Source: a virus (Duplodnaviria; Caudoviricetes). Taken from it: a stretch of DNA of 64,000 nt. Below the pieces are notes generated by a model that was not told where the DNA came from, searched no databases, and was given only the letters and a program-made list of their open reading frames with translations. The translations under genes and the position numbers were made by a program. Of this stretch, positions 1 to 9,269 are shown piece after piece (the first letter of the stretch is position 1; every line of letters starts with the position of its first letter). The DNA is taken from positions 1 to 64,000 of IMG/VR virus record IMGVR_UViG_3300028591_000014; one strand, 5' to 3'.

Positions 1-65
1 CCCCCCCGTTCACTGTCGCGCTTTTGCGTTTTTTGGGGGGTGTCTTACTTAATACTTTTTGCTTT

Positions 66-668
66 ATGGATAAGTCACAGATGATTCAGTTAGTCACAGC
101 TAAAACAGGCAAAGCTCGCGTGCTTCGCTTGGAGATTCCTGCTGCATTGCAGAAGTTCAACACCGACAACAACACTCTTAGGGTGAGAATTGTCGCGTGT
201 TGGGCGTCTGATGACAAAGACGGCGGAGTGCAGTCGTTGCTTCGTTCAGTTGTTGGCAATAATGAGTTTTCACAGATTGCCAACCTTGACGGATATGTTG
301 TACCTGATAACCCGAATGCCGACGCGCAAACGAAAGTAAACGCGTTTAAGGCTGCTGTGGTAGGTGGCGAATTTTTCGCTACAAAGTATTCGGTTACCAT
401 CTCCAATTTGGCCAAAAACCTTGGAGAAAAGTATGCTACCTTGGAACGTGTACACGACCCAATTAGAAAGCGCACATACACTTCACTGACAGACTGCACA
501 CTCGACAATGTTAGCGACGACGACAAGGCCGTTATGTACGAACGGTTATCGAACCGACTCGCTAAACGTCTTGCAGACGGTCGGCTGAAAGTGGGAACGT
601 TCGTCGAACCAGCTACCTCAACACCGCCCAATTTGGGCGCGTCGACAGGTGCAGACATCAAACTGTAA
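66..668 (+). CDS. Hypothetical early protein
   Basis: ORF 24..668, first ATG at 66, followed by a terminator; no family recognised. Confidence 0.7.
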   Translation: MDKSQMIQLVTAKTGKARVLRLEIPAALQKFNTDNNTLRVRIVACWASDDKDGGVQSLLRSVVGNNEFSQIANLDGYVVPDNPNADAQTKVNAFKAAVVGGEFFATKYSVTISNLAKNLGEKYATLERVHDPIRKRTYTSLTDCTLDNVSDDDKAVMYERLSNRLAKRLADGRLKVGTFVEPATSTPPNLGASTGADIKL

Positions 669-675
669 TCTTAAT

Positions 676-714
676 AAATAGCCTTTCGCACTTTGCGGGA
701 GGCTATTTGTTTTT
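676..714 (+). terminator. Rho-independent terminator
   Basis: AAATAGCCTTTCGCA/TGCGGGAGGCTATTT hairpin followed by a T-tract. Confidence 0.75.
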
Positions 715-793
715 ATAGTTACACATGTCCCCGCTCACATAGGCAAGTTTAAGTAGACAATGGTAGAAATCAATTCACCAAAACAATATAAAA

Positions 794-1258
794 ATGGCAA
801 ACAAGTCAATGGTCAACATCAGTGCAACGACCTTAAATGCACTGAAGCAGATGTTGTTCTCCGACGAGAATGGTGTAAACCTCACAACTGTTATCAACGA
901 TCTCTCTTCTGGTCTTAATCAGAATGCAGATCTGGTAGCGATCAACGTGGGATTGTCTTATAAAGGTATTACTCCGGAAATAGATAAAACCACTCGCTAT
1001 GATGATTTCAGTGAATATTGGAGACAATTCCGCAGGTTTGAGTTTATCTCATACAGCCTCATTCTGAACATGGTAAAGGTAAAGCCGATTGAAGTGACCA
1101 GGCAGAAAGATGCAGACGAATGGGAGGAGAGAGAACTTGAGCCAATGGTATTCACGCTCGAACACTGGATGGATATGACAACATCTCCAGATGAGTACGT
1201 GAAGAAGATCAATGAGAAGTATCCGCTTCCCGAACCCCCACAGGAGGCAGCTATTTAA
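794..1258 (+). CDS. Hypothetical protein
   Basis: 154-aa ORF with an A-rich Bacteroidota-type leader. Confidence 0.75.
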   Translation: MANKSMVNISATTLNALKQMLFSDENGVNLTTVINDLSSGLNQNADLVAINVGLSYKGITPEIDKTTRYDDFSEYWRQFRRFEFISYSLILNMVKVKPIEVTRQKDADEWEERELEPMVFTLEHWMDMTTSPDEYVKKINEKYPLPEPPQEAAI

Positions 1259-1316
1259 GCTGTCTCCTTTCTTATCTAAGCGTGGTTCACACTCCTGAAA
1301 GTGTGGACTGCGCTTC

Positions 1317-1375
1317 AAACTGTCGTGCCCACCAAAGCACCTGATGAGTCTTTGAGAATTAAGACGAAACAGTTT
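1317..1375 (+). ncRNA. Type III hammerhead ribozyme
   Basis: Stem III AAACTGT/ACAGTTT, GTC cleavage triplet (1322-1324), stem I GTGC/GCAC, core CTGATGA, stem II GTCTT/AAGAC, GAAA. Confidence 0.92.
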
Positions 1376-2358
1376 TCGCGCTCTCCGTGTACAACTCGCA
1401 TATTGCGAAGCAACACGATAATATAAAACTAGTGCTCATACTGCCGCGAGGCAAGAGAGTAAGTGTCAAGCCGCAGCGAGTCTGCTGCATGCGTTTTTTA
1501 ACGTCGCCGCTAAGACAAATGAGCACACATGTAAATCTATTCGCAGGCAGCGTGCGCCATAAGTCACGTATTCATGAACGGGGTATTGTGGAATATCTTT
1601 AGCCCGTTTCAATCAAATTTCACAGTTCATGTACTATTCAACGTAAAGTACCCTGTGAGTTTGACCGCTTGCAGGGGAAAAGATTTACGAGCAAATTGGC
1701 AGAATTCTGGGTACGCCCAGAGTTCAGGCTAAAAGAGGTCAGGTCAACACAAGGCTATTTGTGTGTACCTCTTGATGCCTGCTGCCTGGTTCACTGACTA
1801 CAGTGTGAGGGAAGGATGCGTGATCCCAAAATCAATTGAGTTATTCAGTTTCGCACAACTGTAACAACGTTGAGATAAACACACGCTAGACTTGAACAGT
1901 GATAGTCCACTATGATAGTTGAATCATTAGCCAAGTGATAACTCACCTAGGTGAGATTGGTCAGCTGTATACTCATTTATGCAGCGGGGAGCAGGTGACT
2001 CTATTACTCGACCTGTATGCAAATCCCTTTAGAGCAATAACCCTATCCCTATGAAAACTCCCACGGGAGTTTTCATATTGTTATTAGTATGTTGCGAAGC
2101 TAATAGCAAGACATCGAACTAAACTAGTAAGTTACAAGATGTTGGGAAATAGGAGAGGGTGAGAATGAGCTCATCTGAATCCCATACTGAGTACATCAAC
2201 CCAAGTGGAGGATGGAAAGCGCAACAGTATGTTAATTTAAAAGGGGCGGTGTCTGTGTATTCGAAAGAATCGTGATCAGTGGATTAAACTGACATACAGG
2301 CCGCCCCTATTTTTATTGACATGCACCAAAACGGAAATCAATTCTAAAACAAAATAAA

Positions 2359-2559
2359 ATGGCTAACAAGAGAAGATTTAGAAGGGATGCTGTCGCTAGT
2401 AGCGATGGTGTTCACATCCGTATAGCTCACGATAGGAGGGCTGGAACAACAGGTCGGACTACAAAGCGTATATTCGTAAAATGTGGTTCGATAAAAGTGC
2501 AAGTTACGGAGGTACAAGCAAAAATGTTGGCTCCGTGCCAACTTATATTCGCCTTATAA
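2359..2559 (+). CDS. Small basic hypothetical protein
   Basis: 66-aa ORF after the GAAATCAATTCTAAAACAAA leader, which recurs at ~3593. Confidence 0.6.
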   Translation: MANKRRFRRDAVASSDGVHIRIAHDRRAGTTGRTTKRIFVKCGSIKVQVTEVQAKMLAPCQLIFAL

Positions 2560-2698
2560 CCATATCTTTGCATAACAACATCGTCTAATACGCTGTGAAG
2601 CGGATAAGGATCTTTCTGAAAAGCTATAATTTGATTTACCTCACTTTGTTGTGAAACACGGTGAGGTTTTATTGAATATTCACCAATAATCAATATAT

Positions 2699-2977
2699 AT
2701 GAGACAAGCAATAATAATCGTACCTTCTGTAAAAGTTAAAGGAAACGAGATTCTAAAAATTAAAAGTGAAATCGTCGAATTCGTTGGAACAAGAATGATT
2801 GAAAAATCTGAACCAGATGCTCCAATAATATTGTTAAACAACGAGCTGGACGAGCAAGACATGAAACGTCTTGCAGATATGTTTTCTACTGATAATGTAG
2901 GAAACGAGATAGTCCTCATCTTCCTTGACATAGAAGATGATAGCGTGAATGAATCATACATACACGCAGGCATCTAA
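2699..2977 (+). CDS. Hypothetical protein
   Basis: 92-aa ORF with the repeated leader TGAATAT...AATAATCAATATATATG. Confidence 0.65.
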   Translation: MRQAIIIVPSVKVKGNEILKIKSEIVEFVGTRMIEKSEPDAPIILLNNELDEQDMKRLADMFSTDNVGNEIVLIFLDIEDDSVNESYIHAGI

Positions 2978-3835
2978 ACATAACCTTGTTGTGCTTTTAT
3001 AACACAACAAGGTTTTTGTTGAATATCCACTAATAATCAATATATATATGAGACAATTCAACAACTCCCTCCATAAGGCCATAATAGCAGGGATCACTGT
3101 CGTATATATGTTGTGCCTATTGGCATGACATACGACAAATTCGCTACATTTGTAGCAAATCGTACATATGTACGAGAAGTGACCAAATGGCCTGGTCACA
3201 AAAGCGTGAAGAACATTCCTGTAGAATATCACTAATTCAAAAATATATGGACGAAATGATTAATTATGCAGGAGCAGATGGATGGGCATCTATGCTTCGA
3301 CACGAATGGCAATTGCCACAATTCCCATTTATACGTAATCAGAAATTGGGTAAAACCGACTGATATTTTAACGCCTAGCTTGGGCGTAATAATACAAGCA
3401 CCCCAACGGTATCATTCTGCAACCTCTACGTGGTGATACTATAAGTACTTATAAAAGCTATAAGGAAACCAATGCAGAGAATAAGCGTGTGGAGCACAAA
3501 ATCAGCCAATTGTAAACCTCCATATCAGCACCACACGAAAGCTCACACTCCGGTGAGTCGGCCTGTTGACCCGTAGGCAGGCATTTTGAAAAGAAATCAA
3601 TTCTAAAACAAAGCATATGAGTAACAAAGAGTATTTTCAAGCTATAATCCTGCTAGTAGGGTTATGGTTAGTTGTCGCAGTAATTCTATTATTGTATGAA
3701 ACTGCGTAAACTTATTGTGATTGCAGTAGTCTTTATATGGCTGCTTATGTTCTTTACCTATTGTAGGTCTTCTCACATGGCTCATCGAGCCATAAATCAT
3801 CGCCCAGATTCAATCATATCAACAATCAAACAACA

Positions 3836-4315
3836 ATGAAACAAAAAACAAAAGTCTTATGTGGCCATAATGACATCATCTTTGAGAAAGATGTCACTAT
3901 CACAACAAAAGAGAAAGAAAAATTCAATCGCCTTGTAGCTGCCAATACAACTAGGTTGGCAAATGCCGAACAAGATTTAGGGATACATGTGTCCATTGTA
4001 CAAAAAACTAAGACGGACACAGACGTCTTCAAATTCACAAGAAGATCTACTTATCCCGTATACAAAGACGATTTTGATAGCTTTGAAGAGGCTGTAAAAA
4101 AGTTTATGAGCTGGTTTGCTCAAAAACGGCTTCCTGAAGAACTATCTGCCGAGAAAGAGCAGCTAAAGAAATCATTCGAAGACTGTAAAATGCGTTCCGT
4201 CGTTACTCTATTGCAGCTGGCTTCTTTGTTGGAAGAGTTACACACATTGAACACAAGGATTTTTGGATATGAAAAAAGTAAATCAGGAGTTCCCACCGAC
4301 GCCCAAAAAGCGTAG
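3836..4315 (+). CDS. Hypothetical protein (TAG stop)
   Basis: 159-aa ORF ending in TAG. Confidence 0.7.
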   Translation: MKQKTKVLCGHNDIIFEKDVTITTKEKEKFNRLVAANTTRLANAEQDLGIHVSIVQKTKTDTDVFKFTRRSTYPVYKDDFDSFEEAVKKFMSWFAQKRLPEELSAEKEQLKKSFEDCKMRSVVTLLQLASLLEELHTLNTRIFGYEKSKSGVPTDAQKA

Positions 4316-4490
4316 GATAGATAAAGTAGGGAACGATCGTCGTAAGTTGTACCTCAAACAAGGGGGTACAACTATGACGTTTGTTAAAAGCCTGACTGAA
4401 GGCCAAGCAAAGGTTGTAGAGAACGTTATATACAATGTTCTTGAAGACCTTGGGCTAAAGTCTGAGGTAACAATGTTGTGGAAGCCATAA
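4263..4490 (+). CDS. Hypothetical protein
   Basis: ORF overlapping the previous gene; likely ATG start at 4269. Confidence 0.55.
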   Translation: MDMKKVNQEFPPTPKKRRIDKVGNDRRKLYLKQGGTTMTFVKSLTEGQAKVVENVIYNVLEDLGLKSEVTMLWKP

Positions 4491-4547
4491 AACCCGATTA
4501 CGACCGGGAAGTAGTGTCGTAAAGTAAATAAATAAAAAAAGCAAAAG

Positions 4548-4913
4548 ATGAGAAAACCGAATCAATCGAGGCTAGACCCAGGGTTCTGGGTCGGGATCAT
4601 TCTCCTGCTAGGATTGCTGTACATAAGTCCTGTAAAATGCACAGCAAAAGCGCAGTATGACACAATATACTGCGATCCTGCGTGTATCCAAAAATTCATT
4701 GACGTGCCTAATGAAAAAGGTATCGTCAAGACGTATGCGGTGTACGTCGATGAAAAACATCGCATATTGGACATCATATATGTACCGAAAGAAACATATC
4801 GGTATATACGTGTATGTAAAGACAACAAGATAACGCCGTCCTTGGGTATAAAACTCAGGGGAGACAATGTCGTATCACTCATTAGAAGAAAGACAAAATG
4901 GCAAAGAAGGTAA
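4548..4913 (+). CDS. Hypothetical membrane-anchored or exported protein
   Basis: N-terminal hydrophobic segment FWVGIILLLGLLYI. Confidence 0.65.
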   Translation: MRKPNQSRLDPGFWVGIILLLGLLYISPVKCTAKAQYDTIYCDPACIQKFIDVPNEKGIVKTYAVYVDEKHRILDIIYVPKETYRYIRVCKDNKITPSLGIKLRGDNVVSLIRRKTKWQRR

Positions 4914-5323
4914 AGAAGTCGTGTAGAAGAGGAATGCTGTGCCGTAGGGCAGTAAATGACATCCCCATCGGTCCATGGCTGATGATAGCATCTGCCGATG
5001 CCAAATGGGTATACGTGCATACCGTAGAAGGGTACAAAGAGTCAGTTAACATGCTATTGCGGAAAAACGTATGGGTACCGACCGTAAAAAGCCTCTGTAT
5101 ATCTCATGAGAAGATTGAAAATATACGAAGGAAGGGAGAGATAGTGGTATCACACGACGCCACAGACAAGTGGGTTGATGTGTATTACAATAGGCCTGAT
5201 GTTATACGCTTCTATAGCTGTACTCGTTCAACAGCAGTACATTGCACTCTAGATGGAGTGCGATACGACTGTAACTACGGAAAACGAAGAATAACAATTA
5301 TTATTGACAGAGTAATCCTATGA
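4898..5323 (+). CDS. Hypothetical protein
   Basis: 141-aa ORF overlapping both neighbours. Confidence 0.65.
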   Translation: MAKKVKKSCRRGMLCRRAVNDIPIGPWLMIASADAKWVYVHTVEGYKESVNMLLRKNVWVPTVKSLCISHEKIENIRRKGEIVVSHDATDKWVDVYYNRPDVIRFYSCTRSTAVHCTLDGVRYDCNYGKRRITIIIDRVIL

Positions 5324-5496
5324 GACCTGGACAACTATTAACGATAGATAATGTCGTATACCAAGCTAAAAAAAGAACAGCTGGATGCGACGGGTGTTAT
5401 TTTGAAGACACCCCGTTAATGTGTCCGGCTGTAATAATCAAAGGAGTGCAAAGAATAAATTGTATCCTTGATGGAATAACTCTTAAAAAACTATAA
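5320..5496 (+). CDS. Small Cys-rich protein (58 aa, CxxC)
   Basis: MRPGQLLTIDNVVYQAKKRTAGCDGCYF...; ATGA overlap with upstream gene; below the ORF-track cutoff. Confidence 0.6.
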   Translation: MRPGQLLTIDNVVYQAKKRTAGCDGCYFEDTPLMCPAVIIKGVQRINCILDGITLKKL

Positions 5497-5497
5497 T

Positions 5498-5529
5498 ATG
5501 TGGGGGGAGATCAACTCTCCCCACATTTT
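5498..5529 (+). terminator. Rho-independent terminator
   Basis: ATGTGGGGGGAG/CTCTCCCCACAT hairpin followed by T residues. Confidence 0.65.
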
Positions 5530-5765
5530 GCATAGAAATCTGCTATATCAGGAAACCTCAAGCCCTGAGACCAATATGGGAAGATGAGAGGGTGCAATAA
5601 TTAAGATACAAGAAACTGATAGATCAGGATAACATATTGTTACTTTTCTTTCAGGTGGTATGGGGGCTTGCGAAAGTCCTCATACTTTTAAACATAGGCT
5701 TAGCGCTGTGCCCGAAGATTGGTATACCTATATCGTCCATCCCGGTACCATGAGAACAGCGCACT

Positions 5766-5839
5766 GGACTTGTAGCTCAGTTGGTTAGAGCAACAGACTC
5801 ATAATCTGGAGGTCCCAGGTTCAAGCCCTGGCTGGTCCA
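5766..5839 (+). tRNA. tRNA with CAT anticodon (Met or Ile2)
   Basis: Cloverleaf with anticodon loop CTCATAA and T-arm CCAGG-TTCAAGC-CCTGG; CCA not encoded. Confidence 0.9.
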
Positions 5840-5987
5840 CGCTATACTTTCCATAGTGTAGTAAATGGCATTTTTTTTTGTTATCACGGAGCACATTGTC
5901 TGTGAAGATAGTGTGCTTTTTAGTAGAATGTCTTTTGGGTTTAACCCTATAAATAACCGAGTTATTAACAATTAAAATCTATCAAAG

Positions 5988-6521
5988 ATGAAACATTTCC
6001 TTTATGCCTTAGCAGGCATTGTTATGTCCTGCTTACTAGTAGTAGGAGCGGCGTACCTACTTAAACCGAACGCGTTAAAAAACGTGGTACCACAGGAACA
6101 AGAAACTGTGGTTATTTTCGATAGCCTCGTCGCACAGGCTATAGCGAATCATATGAATCCTGAGTTTAGTGAAGCCCAGGGTGTGCTCGATTTACGATCT
6201 GATATCCTACAGGATAGAAAGATCGACTCTATCTTGGTAACACTGCCGGAGCAAACAGTGTATAACATCGCAAGCGTCTGTAAAAAGAAACATAAACAAT
6301 TTACGTTAGCGGACTTCTACGACGAATACAATGACAATAAGAATGTATACGACGCGCTGCCCGTCCGACCAGTCGATGTGACTGTAAAAGAACAACAGCC
6401 GGCTATGGAGGAGCCACGTGTTACAAAGGATGAAACCTTAGTGTCTGCAACATATAAAGACACTATGATAGGGGGAGCGAAACATGTTATCGAAACTAAA
6501 CTCTTGAAACAAAATGAGTGA
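5988..6521 (+). CDS. Hypothetical membrane-anchored protein
   Basis: 177 aa with an N-terminal TM or signal segment. Confidence 0.7.
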   Translation: MKHFLYALAGIVMSCLLVVGAAYLLKPNALKNVVPQEQETVVIFDSLVAQAIANHMNPEFSEAQGVLDLRSDILQDRKIDSILVTLPEQTVYNIASVCKKKHKQFTLADFYDEYNDNKNVYDALPVRPVDVTVKEQQPAMEEPRVTKDETLVSATYKDTMIGGAKHVIETKLLKQNE

Positions 6522-6987
6522 CCTCAGATGCATCGCTATCCTTTATCAAGGGGATGAGCTCAGAACACTGGATATGAACGATATCATCAAACTTATTGAG
6601 AATCGTGGTAATATCCAAAAAGGCACCAAGCCTTACGGAATTCAGATGACTGGCGATGAAATAGTCGCCAGATGTGTGCAACCTATCATTCCTCATTCGG
6701 TTGTAAATCCCAAATCGGAACTAACACCGGAAGAAAATGCAATCATTTACATTGGGACACTGTTTAAATCAGATTTGAGCGATGGGGACGACCTTCATCT
6801 GAATTTTATTCAGAACTTCTCAGTGAAATACGCATTCGCGAAAACTAACGGAACCGATCCAGAGTTGGTAAAAGCTGTAGATATCATTGCAAACACCCAT
6901 CCATTACGGATAAGTAACTCTGTGATGGTAAAATACAGAATAACGAAGGAAGTTATAAATGTAATAGTAAGAGTAGGTAATGTGTAG
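6514..6987 (+). CDS. Hypothetical protein (TAG stop)
   Basis: 157-aa ORF. Confidence 0.7.
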   Translation: MSDLRCIAILYQGDELRTLDMNDIIKLIENRGNIQKGTKPYGIQMTGDEIVARCVQPIIPHSVVNPKSELTPEENAIIYIGTLFKSDLSDGDDLHLNFIQNFSVKYAFAKTNGTDPELVKAVDIIANTHPLRISNSVMVKYRITKEVINVIVRVGNV

Positions 6988-7142
6988 GACGAAAAGGGCT
7001 GTTGTAACAAACAAGCCCAGGCACAAGAATGCTATTCCGTACAAAAGAGAGAAAACGCATGATCTTATTTCGATGTTTACATCGGATGAAGACTATGAAC
7101 AACGCCGAAAGGCAAGTATTAACAATTAAAACCGTTATCAAA

Positions 7143-7619
7143 ATGGCAAAAGACAAGAAAAACAAGACAGCTGAAGAGCGTGTGTCATCAACCGCTCAAG
7201 TACAGAACGAAGATCTGACCGTCGAGGAGGAAATCCGAAAGGGTAACCTCATCGATGAGGATATTGCCGCTCTTGGCGACCTCAAGGACGAAGAGGAGGA
7301 AAAAGAGCGGAAAATCCGTGAATACCGCCGTTGCAAGAACATGGCGAAGTATATCAACTTGAAGAAGAAGGCGCTGTTCAATAAGAACCGCCGTGAGGAG
7401 CATGCCATGAAGGCATCCCTCGACGCTTCGAAGGAACTCCTTGAGAAGCTTACAAGTTCCAAGATTACTCCAAACGAGTATGAAGAGGAATGGAAGAAGA
7501 TCTGCAAGGATGAGCGCGATGCCATCGCTAAGAGTAACCAGAAGTACGACAAGCAGCTCCGCGAGCTGAAAGACTGCTTCCCCGGCTATTACTCTTACGA
7601 GTGGGATTCTCGCTGGTAG
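7143..7619 (+). CDS. Charged coiled-coil hypothetical protein (TAG stop)
   Basis: Start MAKDKKNK after an ACCGTTATCAAA leader; strongly biased codon use. Confidence 0.75.
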   Translation: MAKDKKNKTAEERVSSTAQVQNEDLTVEEEIRKGNLIDEDIAALGDLKDEEEEKERKIREYRRCKNMAKYINLKKKALFNKNRREEHAMKASLDASKELLEKLTSSKITPNEYEEEWKKICKDERDAIAKSNQKYDKQLRELKDCFPGYYSYEWDSRW

Positions 7620-7648
7620 TCCGTACAACAATCAACATCCAACTCTAA

Positions 7649-7930
7649 GAGCCTATTAGAGCCAGTGAGTAAAACAACCATAAGTCCTCAAAGGTGACCA
7701 TTGTGAGTCGAACTGTTGGCAGGTTTGGTACATGAATTAACATGTCGAACAAGAGCCTATTAGAGCCAGTTCGGGTGTTGAGCTTCGAGTTCACGAAGTA
7801 AACTATGAACACATTCAGATCAAATTGTTATATCTGAGCCTACTAGAGCCGATTCGAAAGGAGGAGTACCATAGAATCATATAATATATCAAGAATGTTG
7901 ATAACATACTTACAAGAGCCTATTAGAGCC
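7649..7930 (+). repeat. Array of four GAGCCTA(T/C)TAGAGCC direct repeats
   Basis: Copies at 7649, 7753, 7836 and 7916 separated by unrelated 65-89-nt spacers. Confidence 0.85.
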
Positions 7931-8186
7931 AGTAAGACACTGTTATGTTGAAGACTAAAATAAGGCTTTCTGAGACGTTTTTAGAGCTTAAGTGGATCAG
8001 CTACCCACTAGAGTAAAGAAAACGCGTCAGAGAGCCTGTAAATAGCCTTAAATCGAATGTTTTGACTGATCATCACTACATTCACTACTGGATACCTATA
8101 GTCGTATATTTATTCGATGAAATGTCAAAGGTATCCATCTCTCATTGAAATCTTAGCGGTCTGAGTTAATCTGTTCGGACGGCGGT

Positions 8187-9026
8187 TGATATACGAGCCG
8201 CATTATAATTGGGTGAATTCAAGGAAGACTAAACATAATAAAGGCTCAAAGCCAACATTGTGCATGTTAACCCTGAGCCAAGCATAGAGTACACTCTATG
8301 AAGGTGCAACGACTACTGGAGGAGTATAGTCTCCTTAATTACCAGCTTGAGCGCCCAACATCTCATTTTGAGATGAAGAGATAGTCTCATCTTCACAGAA
8401 ATGTGAAGTGTAGGAAGAAATTAATTTAAGATATTGTTTAGTCTCTAAATCAGACATTGTAGATTTCATAAAGTTTATTGGGGTAGAAACAAACTGTACA
8501 TTTCCTACAACATATCCTTTTGAAGAATCTATTCTGTCTAATGATGCACGACACCATAATTGTTCACAATTTCCTTTCTTATTCCAAGTAGGAAGATACA
8601 GTTTTAAACCTGTGTATGGACAAATACCGTTTTGTTGCTCCCAAATCTGTTTGAGATCTTTAAGAGTGAGATTAAATTCTTTAAAACGCTTTTTGGCGTT
8701 TCTAAAAGAATATCTAAAAGGTGTCCACTCATCTTTATGATTCTGACAATAATTCTTAATATTTTGTTGTGCTTTTAATTGTGCTTCTGTAGGGATGTCT
8801 TTATATAAGTTACACCTATATGTAGCAGAACAAGCTCTACAACAAAAATTCTTTCTACCTAATTTAATGTTCCGATTATATTCGGAAAGAGGCTTTTGAG
8901 CTTCTTTACCACAATTATCGCAAATAAACGTTACCAAACGTCTATTCTGCATATACTTCTTTTGTTCTTCCATACATATATAACGTGGAGGCAGAAGGAA
9001 TGGTTGCGTTAAACTAGAAGATTTTG
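8187..9026 (+). mobile_element. Group I intron (840 nt) in the tmRNA T-loop
   Basis: P1 GCGGT/GCCGC with U.G at the 5' splice site; P/Q/R/S-like elements AATTCAAGGAA, AACCCTGAGCCAAG, GTGCAACGACTA, AAGAGATAGTCT; terminal G at 9026. Confidence 0.9.
8335..8973 (-). CDS. Intron-encoded His-Me finger (HNH-like) homing endonuclease, antisense to the intron
   Basis: Zn ribbon CDNCGK...FCCRAC plus CPYTG...SLDRIDSSKGYVVGNVQFV...INFMK; likely start at Met31 of the listed ORF. Confidence 0.8.
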   Translation of the reverse strand: MEEQKKYMQNRRLVTFICDNCGKEAQKPLSEYNRNIKLGRKNFCCRACSATYRCNLYKDIPTEAQLKAQQNIKNYCQNHKDEWTPFRYSFRNAKKRFKEFNLTLKDLKQIWEQQNGICPYTGLKLYLPTWNKKGNCEQLWCRASLDRIDSSKGYVVGNVQFVSTPINFMKSTMSDLETKQYLKLISSYTSHFCEDETISSSQNEMLGAQAGN

Positions 9027-9131
9027 TCGATTCCGCCCAGGTCCACTTTGACAGATACCGCAATCTGACAATTCTGCGATGGTAAACAAACGGCTATGTT
9101 CACCACGTACGCCCTCATAAGAGGGCATTTT

Positions 9132-9269
9132 GGGCCTGACTGGATTAGACGGGCAGAGGAAGTAAAGGCATTAACGCTTTGATAATAATAACTGGCAATA
9201 TTAACATTGCAGACTATACGGGCCTCAAGGAGGCAGCGTAAAGTCCGTGCAGGCTACGAAAGTGCCTAA
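9132..9269 (+). ncRNA. ssrA: Permuted tmRNA, coding piece; tag (A)GNINIADYTGLKEAA
   Basis: 5' GGGCCTGACTGGATTAGACGGG pairs with CAGGTCC including G3.U70; ATAACT-GGC resume context; tag frame 9194-9241 ends AA-TAA. Confidence 0.9.

Larger units (their letters stand above)
8150..9046 (+). ncRNA. ssrA: Permuted tmRNA, acceptor piece (intron-interrupted)
   Basis: Spliced exons give TCTGTTCG-GAC-GGCGG-TTCGATT-CCGCC-CAGGTCC-A; the 5' boundary is approximate. Confidence 0.88.

Noticed and set aside
5840-5880. HDV-like theta ribozyme after the tRNAs
   Set aside because: Only a simple hairpin and T-tract are visible; I could not build the nested double pseudoknot by eye
7649-7930. CRISPR array
   Set aside because: Repeats are only ~15-20 nt and non-palindromic, spacers are 65-89 nt and uneven, there are no cas genes, and the motif recurs singly at gene starts
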